From Octopus sinensis (lineage: Eukaryota), in NCBI RefSeq assembly GCF_006345805.1, contig NC_043002.1, forward strand, positions 118,048,001 through 118,112,000: a stretch of 64,000 nucleotides of DNA, written 5' to 3'. The first letter of the stretch is position 1, and every line of letters begins with the position of its first letter. The position numbers and the translations under genes were made by a program. Below, one piece after another: positions 50,326 through 63,510 of the stretch. A model generated the notes under the pieces. The model worked only from the letters and a program-made list of their open reading frames with translations, was not told the origin of the DNA and did not search any database.

Positions 50326-53300
50326 AGTATGGAGTGTATAGTACCATTTAATGTTCTGGATAAGTACAACTAATTGTAGCATACGCTATGGCAACAGGTG
50401 CCAAATGCACAATAATGAGTAAGATCTAACACAATAACTGTAAGCTGAATGTTGGCCAGACACCAGTTCTCAAACTTCTTTGACTATCACTCCCTTTCTT
50501 TTACTAACACTATTTCAATGAGCCCTTGCTACAATTTAGCAAAATTAAATACACTGCATGTGTCTCTATATGCATGTATATGTTCCCATCAGTCAGAATG
50601 TTACCTAATGCTACATGTGCTGTGACTGTCATTATTGCATATACGAAAATAGCCACAAATTTTGATAATGTCTTTTAAAGCACACTTCTGTTCATTATTT
50701 ATAATTTGCATGCATTGGAGAATAGATTGAGTTTTGTTTATTGTTATTCATAGTTGGAAGTCTATTATTACGGCTAATGTTGTTATTGTTACAGTTGTTG
50801 TCATTATTGTTGTGATAGGGCCTAACAAGCAGACTAACATCACAGTATTGCAGTAAAAGTTTTATTTGAAGTTAATATCCATACAGGAGATAAAGATTTA
50901 AAAAACTGTGTTTCTGTTCTCTGCTTTCAGTCTAGTAGCAAGGGAATGTGTGTGTATCATTGTTGTTTTATGGCTGCTTTCCATCCTTTTATGTTGAACA
51001 GGTTGCTGTGGTTTAAACCAGTTCTTATTCAGAGATACTGTCCTCATAGACAGGTTGGAAGACCAAGTCCTGCTCATATATTTCATTTTTGGCTTGGTTT
51101 CCACTGCTAGATATTCTGTAAGCAACTTTACAGAGTGTACAATGTGCATTTTATTGTATTGCCGGCACTATAAAAGTTTGATCATGTCAAGGACATGACC
51201 AAAGAGTCCTTTTGACGCTAAGTAGTTTTCACTTATTTGCCAACTACCTTACATAATGTACTAAGTGCATTTTATCTTGGCATCAGTACTAGTGAGATTG
51301 CCTTGTACTTCCTAAGATTGAAGAATTCTCACTCTATGATGGGTTCATTCACTCAAAGTTTTGACTAGGAATGTAAATTGTACAGTGATTGACAACACAA
51401 GAGAGGGTGAATGAGGAAGGGGGTAAAAGTATGATTGTAGGAATGGAGTGATGGGAGTGATGGGAGTGAAGGCGTGGTAGAGAGAGGGGGAGGGGTAAGG
51501 ACAGCATTTTGTGATATTTGCTAAGAATAACATTTGTATGGTTTTGTTTTGTTAAATAATCCTAATGAACTACATTTAAACCAATTATAGTGATAGTGTA
51601 GTCATTTAATGCTATTAGTACACTAGTGGTAGCTTAGTTACCTTTCATTATCAAAATATTATTTTGTTAGTATTTTATCAACATAGTGGTCAAGAATGTG
51701 AAGTATACTTTTGCAGAATTCAGAAATATATCTTAGTGGATGTAGATATAGATCCTCCCTCTCTGCTTCTAGATTTTATATGTACAGTTGGTTATAGATT
51801 TCCAATGTGGCAATCACTGATTCCCTGTGAGAGGTAGAGGAAGAGCAGATGAACATACAAACTTTCAGTTCTTTTGGACAAAGAAAGTCAGCACCATACA
51901 TTAACACAATCAAAGGTGGCAAATAATTTATACTTACTTGTTTTGATTTTTTGTACATTGGCTAAATGCCAAATATTTGACCATTTAATTAAGCCTCTAT
52001 AGTGACCTTTATATTTTTTAGGCTTGGTCAAGGCTTCATTAATTTTGTTGAATAATCTCTCACATATTGCCAAAACATTTATTTAATCAATATCTAACAA
52101 AAACCTTCCAAACCATTGTTTCTGGTTGAAGTAATTAGTAAATGGCCAACATTGGTACCCATTTGAATTAGCAGCATTGTTATTTCAAATTTAGTGTAGC
52201 ACTTTAATTAATTAGCTTATCTCTAATATTAATTTGTTCTATTTTTACGACCAGGAACCAGCAACTAACGTTCATAAATCCTGAATAAATATGTCTGTCC
52301 TTTAATAGTTAATATTGGTCAGAAGTTGCTTGTATTTAACAAAAACTAAGGCATAAAACAAAAATAAAGTTTGGCATCGATCATATGTTGAAAGTTAGCA
52401 GAATTAATTGTTTTGTGAAAAGTTCTAAGGTATAACTGAAATAATATTGTTGCTATTGAGAATTCACTATCATCGTCTTTTACCATCCAGCTGTCATGTT
52501 GGCATGGATTGGACAAAACAGTAGGATCTGACAAGTTGGGGGATTGCTTTGTGCTCCAGTGTCTACTTTGGCATGGTTTCTCTGGCTGAATACTCTTCCT
52601 AACACCAACTACTTTACAGAATGTACTAGGTGTATTTTTCATAGCACCAGCATTAGTGAGGTCATCATGTAACTTACAAGACAAAGAAAAGGGCCCTCGA
52701 CTAGGTTGGAGTCATAGTAGAGAGGAAGGTGACTTTGTGCCAGGTGTTGAGAGGGTAAAGTATGAAATAAGGATTGGCACAAGTATCTTACTATAGAGGA
52801 GTTACATGGCAATCTTGCATTATATGAGGGTGGGTAGGAGTAGTTAGAAAGAAGATAAAGAAGGTGTCAGAGTATACTCTACAGGTATTAGAAGGAGACT
52901 ATACAAGAGAATTCGAAAGGGTAAGTTCAAAAGTGTGTGAGACGAGGGTGACAGTTGGCTGGAGATGAGGACAGAGGAAAATGAAGTGAATAAAGAACAA
53001 GGGAGGAAGCATGGTCAATGGTAAAGTTGAGTTTGAAGGGGAAAGTGATAAAAAGTATTTGTAAATAAATGTAAGATGGGGAGATGATAAGTGGGAGTGG
53101 TGGATCAAGAGAAGTTGGGGGAGGAGAGAGAGTGAAAGATGTAGATTAACAGAGATGAAGGTCAGAGGTGCTAAAGGATTAATACAGTGAAAAGTTATAA
53201 TAATTCAATCACAATGTAAATGCTGTCCTCATTGGTAATGTAACAATTATAAATTCCTTTGAAGGTGTTTCAGCAAACCAGATTCCAATGGTTCAAACCA

Positions 53301-55540
53301 AGTAAAGATTAAAGAACTAAATAGCTCATTTCTTAAACAAACTGAGAATCCTATATTTTATTTTATATGAAGATAACAAACTAGTCTAGATTTTTTTCTC
53401 TTTTATGGTAGTGATTTATTAATTTTCCCAGCTTTTTCTCAGTGAGGTCTTAAGTATAAATCATATCAAATATATTATTAATGTTTACCTCAAGATATTT
53501 TCACTTAACAATTCCTAACATTATTATAAAAAATTTCAATCTGGCAATATTGCAATATCAATTATTTTCCCTACACCTTATACAACCAGTTGTAATGAGA
53601 AAATATATGCAACATATGTTGATTTAGCTTCATGTCAGTCTTGATTGAGCATATAACCAAATGAGTGCAAACTGTGAAATTCCATCTTATAAGACAGTGA
53701 ATTTAGGACTGTATTAGCCAATGTAGTCCTTCAATTTCCTTTTTAAAAGTATTAGAGTGCAATTTGGAGATTTAGTTGCTATTTCTAGCAAGTTGAGCAC
53801 TTTGCAGTTACATGATTTGGGCTTCAATTCTATTGTGTGATATCTTTGGTGTCTTTTACTTGGATTGGCCAAGGTTTTGTTAGATTGGGCTGACACAGAC
53901 TATATGGGAACCTGTTTGAAGACCACTCCTATTCTTGCAGGGTAGCTTTAATCCATTGTCTTTTTTAACTCCATCTCCTGGCCCTGGGGCACCTTTCACA
54001 GAGTTCACTCTGTTACAAACGTTCAGGCCAGGACTCCAATCTGAGAGTAACTTCCTCCTACCCTACATCTAGTCTCAAAGAAACTCTAAAAGTGTCAAAA
54101 TCTCCACTTTGCTCTTCCAACTAAGCTATAAAAATAAACTGCTGAGGTTTTCTGCTTTATGTGATGATACAGATATAATATAATGACACAAATATGTGAT
54201 GACACAACTATAATGTCATCAGTTGTAATAAACATTGCTACCAACAAAATATATATTTCTGTTGGTACATATTCTTTTTTTTTAATCTTTTAGTCAGGAG
54301 GCAAGGTAGAGCTCACGATCCATTGCAGAACCTCAAAGATTAATGAGAGAGACAAAAGTATCCTCAAATTGAAAAGCTGGCCCAAATGCTTGCAACAACG
54401 GGGACTACTTTAAAAGCACCTAGGGTGCCAGGTGATGATATTGTTAAACTGGCCAATGGGTTAAGTTTACCTCCTACATTAGTCATAACAGGATTTGAAC
54501 TAGAATGCAAAGAACTCGAACAAGTGTCACCAGTATCCAGCCAGATATTCTTGTAGTTCCATCAATCCACTGCCTTGGATTATCACCTTTTTATTGACCT
54601 CTAAAGAATGAAAAGCAAAGTTGACTTAGCAGGATTTGGTCTTGGAGTACAGTGAATAAAAAAAAAGAAATACTACAAACACTTTAAATCTGATATTCTA
54701 ACAACTCTGTCAAATGTCTTCTGTTCTCTCTCTGTTATAAGCATTAAACTTTTCTATAGGTCATGTGTAAAATAATGTTTCAAAGAACTAGCACTATTAG
54801 TTGGCATTCAAATGAAGTGTTTTCTGTTTATATAACAAACCATAAATATCAACTGACTTATGATTAATTGTGAAACTGTTAATCTTTCCATCTCAAAATA
54901 CAACTGAAATTCTATATTTCTATGAGAAATTTTCTTCCAATAAATTTTTGATAGTTTCAAAAATGAAGAACAATAAATTTGACTGACTTGAGGAACTCCT
55001 CAAATTTATTTATTCATTTATTTTTCCATTTATTTAATCATTTATTTATTTTTTGAAGAAAGAACTGAGTCCGTTGCCTTCATTGGTTTCTGAAAATGGT
55101 GAAGTTAATGCAGTTATGAATTGATAGCTACAGAAAAAAACATGGACAGAAAAAGAATGCCAGAGGACTGGCATCTTGTAAAAGAAGAACTGGAAAAAAT
55201 TGGTTAATGTAGAGTTTGAAGGGCAAACAATGTGGGAGGCAAAAGGAAGAGAAATGAGTGTATTGGTTCAACTTGAGAGAAGCTTGATATCTGGGTGGAG
55301 AAAGTTAGGGAAAATTGAAGGTGGTATTATTAGCATATGATTGGGCATTATTAGAGAGGGCAACAATTAAATCATTGATGTATAGAAATTTAACTATGTA
55401 GGTATAAAGTCTCCTTTGGTTTACTATGGAATCTTGCATACCATTATATAACATGTTGCATGTTCACTTGTGGAAATAATACAAGAAACAAATTTTAAGA
55501 TAACAGTGAGACTTTATTCCTCTGCTAAATAATATAGTGT

Positions 55541-55850
55541 GGAGGCACAATGGCCCAGTGGTTAGAGCAGTGGACTCATGGTCGGAGGATTGCGGTTTTG
55601 ATTCCCAGACTGGGCATTGTGTGTGTTTATTGAGCGAAAACACCTAAAGTTCCATGAGGCTCCAGCAGGGGGTGGTGGCAACCCCTGTTGTACTCTTTTG
55701 CCCCAACTTTCTCTCATTCTTTCTTCCTGTTTCTTGAGTAATGCTGCGATGGACTGGTGTCCCGTCCAGCTGGGGGGGGGGGAACACATACGCCATAGAA
55801 ACCGGGAAACTGGGCCCATGAGCCTGGCTAGGCTTGAAAAGGGCGCATAA
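55541..55850 (+). mobile_element. tRNA-derived SINE with a V-SINE-like domain
   Basis: A box tggcccagtggttagagc, B box ggttttgattcc and the central ctgcgatggactggtgtcccgtccag motif, recalled as V-domain-like. Confidence 0.7.
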
Positions 55851-56049
55851 AAAAATAATATAGTGGACAAAATAAACACACCATGGATTCTGATGGTTGT
55901 ATAGTTCATCCATCTTTTGGATAATTCAGCTGTGGTCATTGCTAGTTAAATGTGCTTCGTTATAACAACAGAAAAATGATATAACTTGCCTTCATTAAAA
56001 TCTCTCACCCCTCTGTCATAGATGTTCTATTTACTCAATACATATGCAG

Positions 56050-56880
56050 AGGTAGGATCCAGTGTAGATTTGGGTTAGTTGTTTTAGAATGTATTATGCG
56101 CAATGTGACTGAATCCTTGATCCACTCTCACACAATACTTGACCAAAGTACAGGACTCAACCAATTTTGCAGACTCAAATGATAGGTCAGATGACCAGTC
56201 ATTACAAATTAACTTGTGGAGCCTATAAAAGGCTAGTCGACTCCAATAGGCCATAATAGAAATCGGTCTCTCTACAGAAGGAAGAATAGTGGGGAACCAA
56301 ACACTAAGGTAAAGTGCGAGTCAAACAGAACTCCATCGGTGTGTGTCATGATTGTGTGATCTAACATAAAAGAACCAATCCAAGAGATGACTGGAATCCA
56401 TGAGCAGATAGTTTTGCTAGAAAGTTTGTGTGATAGAACGATGGATCAAAGTTGTTTGGAATGTCTGTATATGAGTAAGAGATGAAGTAGGTGAGATAAA
56501 GAGTTGAGAATTACAAAAATTTTGGTTCCTGCACCAGTGGTATCAGTATGAGATAAGGGTGAAAACTTAGAAGAGTCATGAGCACTGAAGTCACTGTGGA
56601 TAAAAGATGACTGAAATGAGATAGATGACCTCAATGAAAGAAGAGATAGGTCAAAAGTGTTGCTAGGAATTATGGGGATTTGGAGAGAGGTAGAAGAATT
56701 ATATGTATATGTATCTGGAGGTGTGGGTGAGTGAAATTCTAAGCCTCAGTGACTGGAAGTCTTTGTTGCTGATATCTAGATAAGAAAGTAAGTCATATTG
56801 ACTAGTTAGAGACTGATAGTGGAATATAGCTTGGACACAACAATGAAATAACCCATTATAAGCAACCCGGGTGGATAGCA
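56050..56880 (-). mobile_element. Highly decayed CR1/L2/Jockey-group LINE fragment
   Basis: Remnants FLAKLSAHG..WIGSFMLDHTI..DG resemble the RT domain 3-4 region. Confidence 0.4.
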
Positions 56881-56884
56881 ACTC

Positions 56885-57660
56885 TAAAAGAAAACATAAC
56901 AAATTTATGTAACATAGTAGGACAGTTAGATGTCCTTATAAAGTGTAAAGCTAGCAACCAGTCAATAAATATCGCAACAGCAGCTCTTTCCAAAGAAGAA
57001 TCATTTTGAAGAAAAATTTGGAGTGAGCCAAATGATTCTTCTTTGGAAAGAGCTGCTGTTGCGATATTTATTGACTGGTTGCTAGCTTTACACTTTATAA
57101 GGACATCTAACTGTCCTACTATGTTACATAAATTTGTTATGTTTTCTTTAGAAAAAGGTGGCTTCTGGAACAAATATTGTCTCAGTTCAAGCCAAAAACA
57201 TACAGCATTAATAGCAAGACCCTTGAGATTGTGATCCCCAAAATTCGGAATAGGAAAGCGCCAAGAAGGGACTTGTTTGTTAGAAGCTCATACAGTATCT
57301 CAATGAAAATACAAGCTCTCATTGGAGATACAAGCATATCAAGCTGGTTAGCACTGGCAGAAACAAAACTTATACCAAAAAGATAATGCCTCTCATCTGA
57401 GAGAAAACTACAAATGAATTGCTTACCAGAATTTCATATATACAGATGTCTGAATGCCTTTCTCCAGGATCTCTGTGACAGTAATAATACCATCACAGCT
57501 GAACAAGCAGCTGGGAAGAAAGGAGTTTGGAGGTGGGCTGAACAACCCTTGATCAACAAAACTGTGATATCAGAGATGCAGCAGCATAGAAGGAATTTGA
57601 TTAGTGTTGGTCACAATTTGGCTGGATTACAACAAAGCATTTGACTTTGTTTCCAATTTT
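56885..57660 (+). mobile_element. Old R4/Dong-clade RT fragment
   Basis: LSKEESF*RKIWSEP, IRNRKAP, TKLIPK, EQAAGKKGVW..EQPLINK and WLDYNKAFD. Confidence 0.72.
56887..57149. repeat. Perfect 120-bp inverted repeat with a 23-bp spacer
   Basis: Arms at 56887-57006 and 57030-57149 are exact reverse complements by eye. Confidence 0.95.
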
Positions 57661-58682
57661 CTGTCATCCCTGTTCCTCACAATTAGTGCTACAAATACCA
57701 AAATATAGATGAAAATGTATCTTACAAAGGTGCTATGATCAAAGGTAGTGACCAAAGAATATACGAGACTTGAAAACTATGATAATCAGTATATTCTTTT
57801 TATAACAAAATAGAATCTAAATGTGTTTGCTGACAAAGTCCTGATATCAACAGCTGGAATATTTCATTGGATTCTAGAGGGAATCTGCTCCATAGATATT
57901 AAAACTTATAAGATTTTGATATCAACTGGAAGCTTCAGCAGAAATAGTGGTTTTGACAAACTCTGTCTCAGAAGTTGGGAGGTAGACAAGCAGTCCAAAT
58001 CAAATAGTATCACTCCAACAGTATCTGCTAAACATTACTCTCCGTCATTGTTGTTATCTAAATTCCAGAGACAGAGCTGTGTTGAATTGTAAGAAAACAG
58101 GTCTTTCTTCAGAGGAAGAATTCAAATAATTAAAAAAGTAAGATAGCATATGTGTATTGTTATCATCAGGGAAGTAAAATCACAACATATACTACCAAAT
58201 GTAATTATATTATAATTGACAAATTTTTCATTAAACACCCGATGTTCAGCTGTCTAAACATGTTTATCTTAATCTTTTTTTCTAGATAAATAAATAAAAC
58301 TGGCAAAAGTTTTTCATGACTCATCTTCTTACCAACATAAGCAATATTGCTTAAAATGCAATTTCTTTCAGCGTTCTTTAGCAGCAAATATATCTGATAA
58401 GCAGGAAATTTGGAGCCTGTTAAATAACAAAGTAGCAGATAAATAATTAGAATGTTGCCTATTTAAAGCAATTTACTTTATAGATTAAATAACTAGTTCA
58501 TCAAAGCAAGTGTCTCTGCAGAGTGTTTCATGTATTTGCATTAGAAAGGAAGATCTAAATATTTAAATTTAATTATTCATATGTGTGTGTGTGTGGATAT
58601 ATATAAAGGGGTCTCTCTTAGATGAAATATTACAGCTACAAGCAGTTAATAATGCACATGCATGAAGTATGTGATATTGGTA

Positions 58683-58716
<34 letters not shown>

Positions 58717-58741
58717 TATATATTATATATATATATATATA

Positions 58742-60478
58742 TCATCATCATCATCATCATTTAACATCCACCTTCCATGCTGGCATGGGTGGGAGGGTTT
58801 GACAGGAGCTGGCCAGGCAGATCCCTGCACCAGACTTCTGTGACTGTTTTGGCAGGATTTTTACAGCTGGATGCCCTTCCTAACACCAACCACCCAGCAG
58901 AGTGAACTGAGTGCTTTTTATGTGGCACAATCACCGGTGAGGTCAATTTTGGCAAGGTTTTTACAGCTAGATGCCCTTGCAAAAGCCAACCCCTTTCAGT
59001 GTGAACTGGCTGCTTTTTAAGTGGCCCCTGCAGTGACAGGGTCACCAAGTAACTTGCAAGACAAGGAATTTTGGGAGGGGAGGGGGCATTGGAGGAGGTG
59101 ATCTTGTGTCAGATGATGAAAGGTTATACTGAGATAGAGAGATAGAAACGGGTGTCTTGCTGTAGAGGAGGTACAAGTTTACTCGGTGGTGGGGTGGGGG
59201 AGCTAGAGACTCCTAACTTCCTTAGAGACCGCCATGTAACAGAGCAGGGAACTGTCGAAAGCTTTCTCCAGGTCGATGAAGGCTAAGTACAATGGCTTAC
59301 TTTTGGCCAAGTACTTTTCCTGCAGCTGTCTCACTAGGAAGATGGTATCTGTGGTACTCTTCCCAGGTACAAAACCAAACTGAATCTCATCTTGTTTCGT
59401 TCCATTTCTAATCCATTCAGCTATAACTCTCTCAGTAACTTTCATGACTTGGTCTAGCAATTTAACTGCTCTCTAGATGTTTCTGTCTAAGGCATCACCT
59501 TTACCCTTATGGCAGCTAACTCTAATACTACTACACCAATCATTGGGGATGGTGCTTTCCTGAATAACCTGATTAACTAAATGGGTGACTAAGCTGTATC
59601 CTACACCACTGGAAATTTTAATCACTTCAGCAATGATTCCTGATGGCCCAGGGGCTTTCCCTCTCTTCATGTCCTTAATTGCCTTATCTATTATTCTCTT
59701 ATCAACTCTGATGGCTGGTCCCTTAACTGGTTCGCTATTTGGTAGACTCTCCTTCTCCCATTCATTTTCCACGTTTAGTAACCTTTCATAGTGACACTTC
59801 CATGCGTCTTTCATCTGTGAGTCACTAAGTGCAAGCATACCATCATCCATTCGCACACATTTCTCAACTACCACATCTCTACTTTCTCTGATATACTGCT
59901 TTGCAATCCTGAACACCTCACACCTCTGATCCTCACACTGTAGAACATTTGCAAATCTCTTACCTGCAGCTACTCCTTGTGCTATGTATACCTGATGCCT
60001 ACCTGCCCTTTGAGTTACCTGATATAATTCTCTGCTTCCACTGTGTTCCCAGTCTTTCCAGGCCTGTCTCCTTGCTTTTATAGCACTATCTACCTCCTTG
60101 TTCCATAAGCATGTCACCCTTGGTCTAGCTGGGACTCTGCACCAACCACAGATTTTGTCTGTAGCCCTCAGTAGATTGTCCCACAGGGACTTCCAATTGT
60201 CCTCTCTTTCATCAGAAGCTTCCATTAGGAGATCTCTAAATTTTTGTCTGTTTGCTGGGTCTTTGAACTTCCATAGTCTTCTTTTCCAGATTGCTTTATT
60301 TCTCCGAGTCTTTCTAGCTCTAATTCTGAAGTCACTAACTAGTAACCTATGTTGGGTTGTACACTCTTCACCTGGGAAAGACTCTGTGTTTTTAAGCATC
60401 CAACTATCTGGTTGCCTAGTGAGGAGGTAGTCAATCTGGCTTATGTGCCAACCAGGCTGATAAGTGATTAGGTGGCTA
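58742..60478 (-). mobile_element. RTE LINE (relative of 275-2755): endonuclease end plus RT N-terminal half joined directly to a 3' UTR and (GAT)n tail
   Basis: SQIDYLL..GEECTTQHRLLVSD (APE end), KAPGPSGI, QFGF and AFIDLEKAFD. Coding stops at ~59203 and UTR-like sequence runs to catcatcat at 58742. Confidence 0.85.
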
Positions 60479-60481
60479 TAT

Positions 60482-60605
60482 ATATATATCAAAATAGTGT
60501 TAGAGATAGAAACACCCACAAATTCATCAACTCCAAATGATATTAACTCAACCAAGCCATAAAATATGTGGGTGTTTCTATCTCTAACACTATTTTGATA
60601 TATAT
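60482..60605. repeat. 39-bp perfect inverted repeat with TA ends at the 5' break of the RTE fragment
   Basis: Arms at 60482-60520 and 60567-60605. Confidence 0.88.
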
Positions 60606-60683
60606 GAATTGATTATTGAGAGAAATTCAATTTAATATTTTTAATTTGAATGTCTCATTCCTGTGGCGCTGGGATTGATCTTC

Positions 60684-61260
60684 CCCGTGCGCGAGAAGAC
60701 CCGGCAGGACAAGTGAGTCCATAACCCGTGGCCTTCTACATGGGATGGAGCCAGCCTATGTATGCATACCTTCCCTTCTTGGGACACAAAACTCTTCTTG
60801 TGAAGACCTGTTGAGGCAAGTGAGGATCAGAATCGAAATCGATCAATGGAAATTGCAGATGTGTTACCAGTGCCGGTGGCATGTAAGAGAACCTTCCGTT
60901 TCGCGACCGTTGCCAGCGCTGCCCCGACTGGCCTCGTGCCAGTGGCATGTAAAAAGCACCATCCGTTCGTGTCCGTTGCCAGCTTCGCCTGGCTCTCGTG
61001 CCGGTGGCACATAAAAAGCACCATCCGTTCGTGGCCGTTTGCCAGCTCTGTCTGGCACCTGTGCGGGTGGCACGTAAAAAGCACCCACTACACTCACGGT
61101 GTGGTTGACGTTAGGAAGGGCATCCAGCCGTAGAAACACTGCCAGATTTGACTGGGCCTGATGAAGCCTTCTGGCTTCACAGACCCCAGTAGAACCGTCC
61201 AACCCATGCTAGCATGGAGAACGGATGCTAAACGATGATGATGATGATGATGATGATGAT
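60684..61260 (+). mobile_element. RTE LINE 3' end (last codons, 3' UTR, (GAT)n)
   Basis: VREKTRQDK* followed by a UTR homologous to 2303-2755. Confidence 0.9.
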
Positions 61261-61896
61261 ATATATATATATACACACATACATGCAGATATATATATAT
61301 ATAGAGAGAGATAAATAGATATATATACATACATCATCATCATTATCATCGTTTAACAACTGCCTTCTATGCTGGCATGGGTGGGATGGTTTAACAGGAG
61401 CTGGCCAGGCAGAAGCCTGATTTTTACAGCTGGATGCCCTTCCTAACATCAACCACTCAGCAGAGTGGACTTAATGGTTTTTACTTGGCACAAGCACAGC
61501 AAGGTCAGTTTTAGCAATGCCCTTCCAAATGCCAACTACACCACATTGTGAACTGGATTCTTTTAAGTGACGCCTGCACTGACAGGGTTCCAAGTACTTG
61601 CAAGACAAAAACAAAACAAAAAAATCAGCTCTTTTGAGAGGGGAGGGGCATTGGAGGAGGTGATCTTATGTCGGATGATGAAAGGTTATATATATAATAT
61701 TCTCTTATACTTTTACATGTTTCAGTCATGGAGCACTGCCTTAAAGGGATTTAATTGAAGAAATCAACCCCAGGACTCATTCTTTATATGCCTAGAACTT
61801 ATTCTATCGGTCTCATTTGCTGAACTGCTAATTTATGGGGATATGAACACACTAACATCAGTTGTCAAGTGATGGTGGGGGGGACAAACATAGACA

Positions 61897-61924
<28 letters not shown>

Positions 61925-61948
<24 letters not shown>

Positions 61949-63100
61949 ACAAATCCACTCACAAAGCTTTGGTTGGTCTGAGGCTATAGTAAAAGATACT
62001 TGCCCAAGGTGCCATGCAGCGAGACTGAACCTGTATATATGTATATATATATATTTGTATGTATAAAAAATATATAAAGATGGAAGATGTATTATCAACA
62101 ATCATTGATAATACATCTTCATTCTTTATATCTTTTCTAATATACTCTGTGATTAATACACCAAAAGTAATTGGTGACCAGCCTCTGAGTTACACTTTAA
62201 GCCTACCTCAAGAAATAAGTAACAGTCTATATGGATTACTGTAATATTGGCTGGACAACTTTTTTAGCCAGGTTCTATTTACATAGAATGCTTAAAGCGG
62301 TATTTGCTTGGGTTTATTTAATCCCTATTTTCTTTTCTTTTGTTTTGTTTGTGTGTGTTTCATGTCTTCTGGAAGACATGCGCAACAGTGGTGAAAGCTG
62401 ACCTTAGTAAGCTGAATCTCACAAGGGAACACAACAAGCAATGTACTGAAGAGTACATTGCTTCAACCTATGTCAGCATGAAAAAGTGGACACTATCATC
62501 ATAATACACACACACACACACACATACACGACAAATCCACTCACAAAGCTTTGGTTGGTCTGAGGCTATAGTAAAAGATACTTGCCCAAGGTGCCATGCA
62601 GCGAGACTGAACCTGTATATATGTATATATATATATTTGTATGTATAAAAAATATATAAAGATGGAAGATGTATTATCAACAATCATTGATAATACATCT
62701 TCATTCTTTATATCTTTTCTAATATACTCTGTGATTAATACACCAAAAGTAATTGGTGACCAGCCTCTGAGTTACACTTTAAGCCTACCTCAAGAAATAA
62801 GTAACAGTCTATATGGATTACTGTAATATTGGCTGGACAACTTTTTTAGCCAGGTTCTATTTACATAGAATGCTTAAAGCGGTATTTGCTTGGGTTTATT
62901 TAATCCCTATTTTCTTTTCTTTTGTTTTGTTTGTGTGTGTTTCATGTCTTCTGGAAGACATGCGCAACAGTGGTGAAAGCTGACCTTAGTAAGCTGAATC
63001 TCACAAGGGAACACAACAAGCAATGTACTGAAGAGTACATTGCTTCAACCTATGTCAGCATGAAAAAGTGGACACTATCATCATAATACACACACACACA
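61925..63100. repeat. 582-bp tandem duplication with (CA)n at the junctions
   Basis: Identical spurious ORFs at 62059 and 62641 (offset 582). The units appear identical by eye. Confidence 0.93.
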
Positions 63101-63164
63101 CACACAGACACACACACACACAGACACACACACAAATATCAAGCTATATTATGCTAAAGCTCAA

Positions 63165-63510
63165 AGTTTGTCTGTTTTCCTGCCATTTGATTAAAATGAT
63201 AAATATTACAAATAAAATAGTAATTTCCCCCTTTAAGAAAAATAAAATCAAGTCAAAATGTTGACCCTTCAAAGAGTCGTTGCAGCTATCACCATCGCCC
63301 TTTTTTTTTTTTCCACATCTTTTTTCTTCCTTTATACAGCTTTTGAAGTACCTTGGATTGAAAGATAGAAATTCTCCCAATATTTTTATGAGATATTTTT
63401 TGAATCACAGGTATTTGATTTTATTTTTTTAAAGAGGAAAATTACTATTTTATTTAAAATAAAATATTAATTTTTATCATCTTAATCAAAAGGCAGAAAA
63501 ACAGACAAAT
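63165..63510. repeat. ~85-bp imperfect inverted repeat (MITE or Helitron subterminal structure)
   Basis: tttgtctgttttcctgccatttgatt..aaataaaatcaa is inverted at ~63415-63510. Confidence 0.65.

Noticed and set aside
51717-51833. Open 117-nt segment after ttttgcag (IQKYILVDVDIDPP...)
   Set aside because: Weak donor (gtagag), unrecognised peptide and no supporting neighbouring exons.
56887-57149. Twin-priming 5' inversion as the cause of the palindrome
   Set aside because: Twin priming gives an inverted but largely non-duplicated 5' segment. Here 120 bp is duplicated and the left arm is in the sense orientation of the LINE.
58742-61260. Two divergent RTE pieces as a single inverted insertion
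   Set aside because: Each piece has its own 3' UTR and (GAT)n tail of a different subfamily, and unrelated sequence lies between them.
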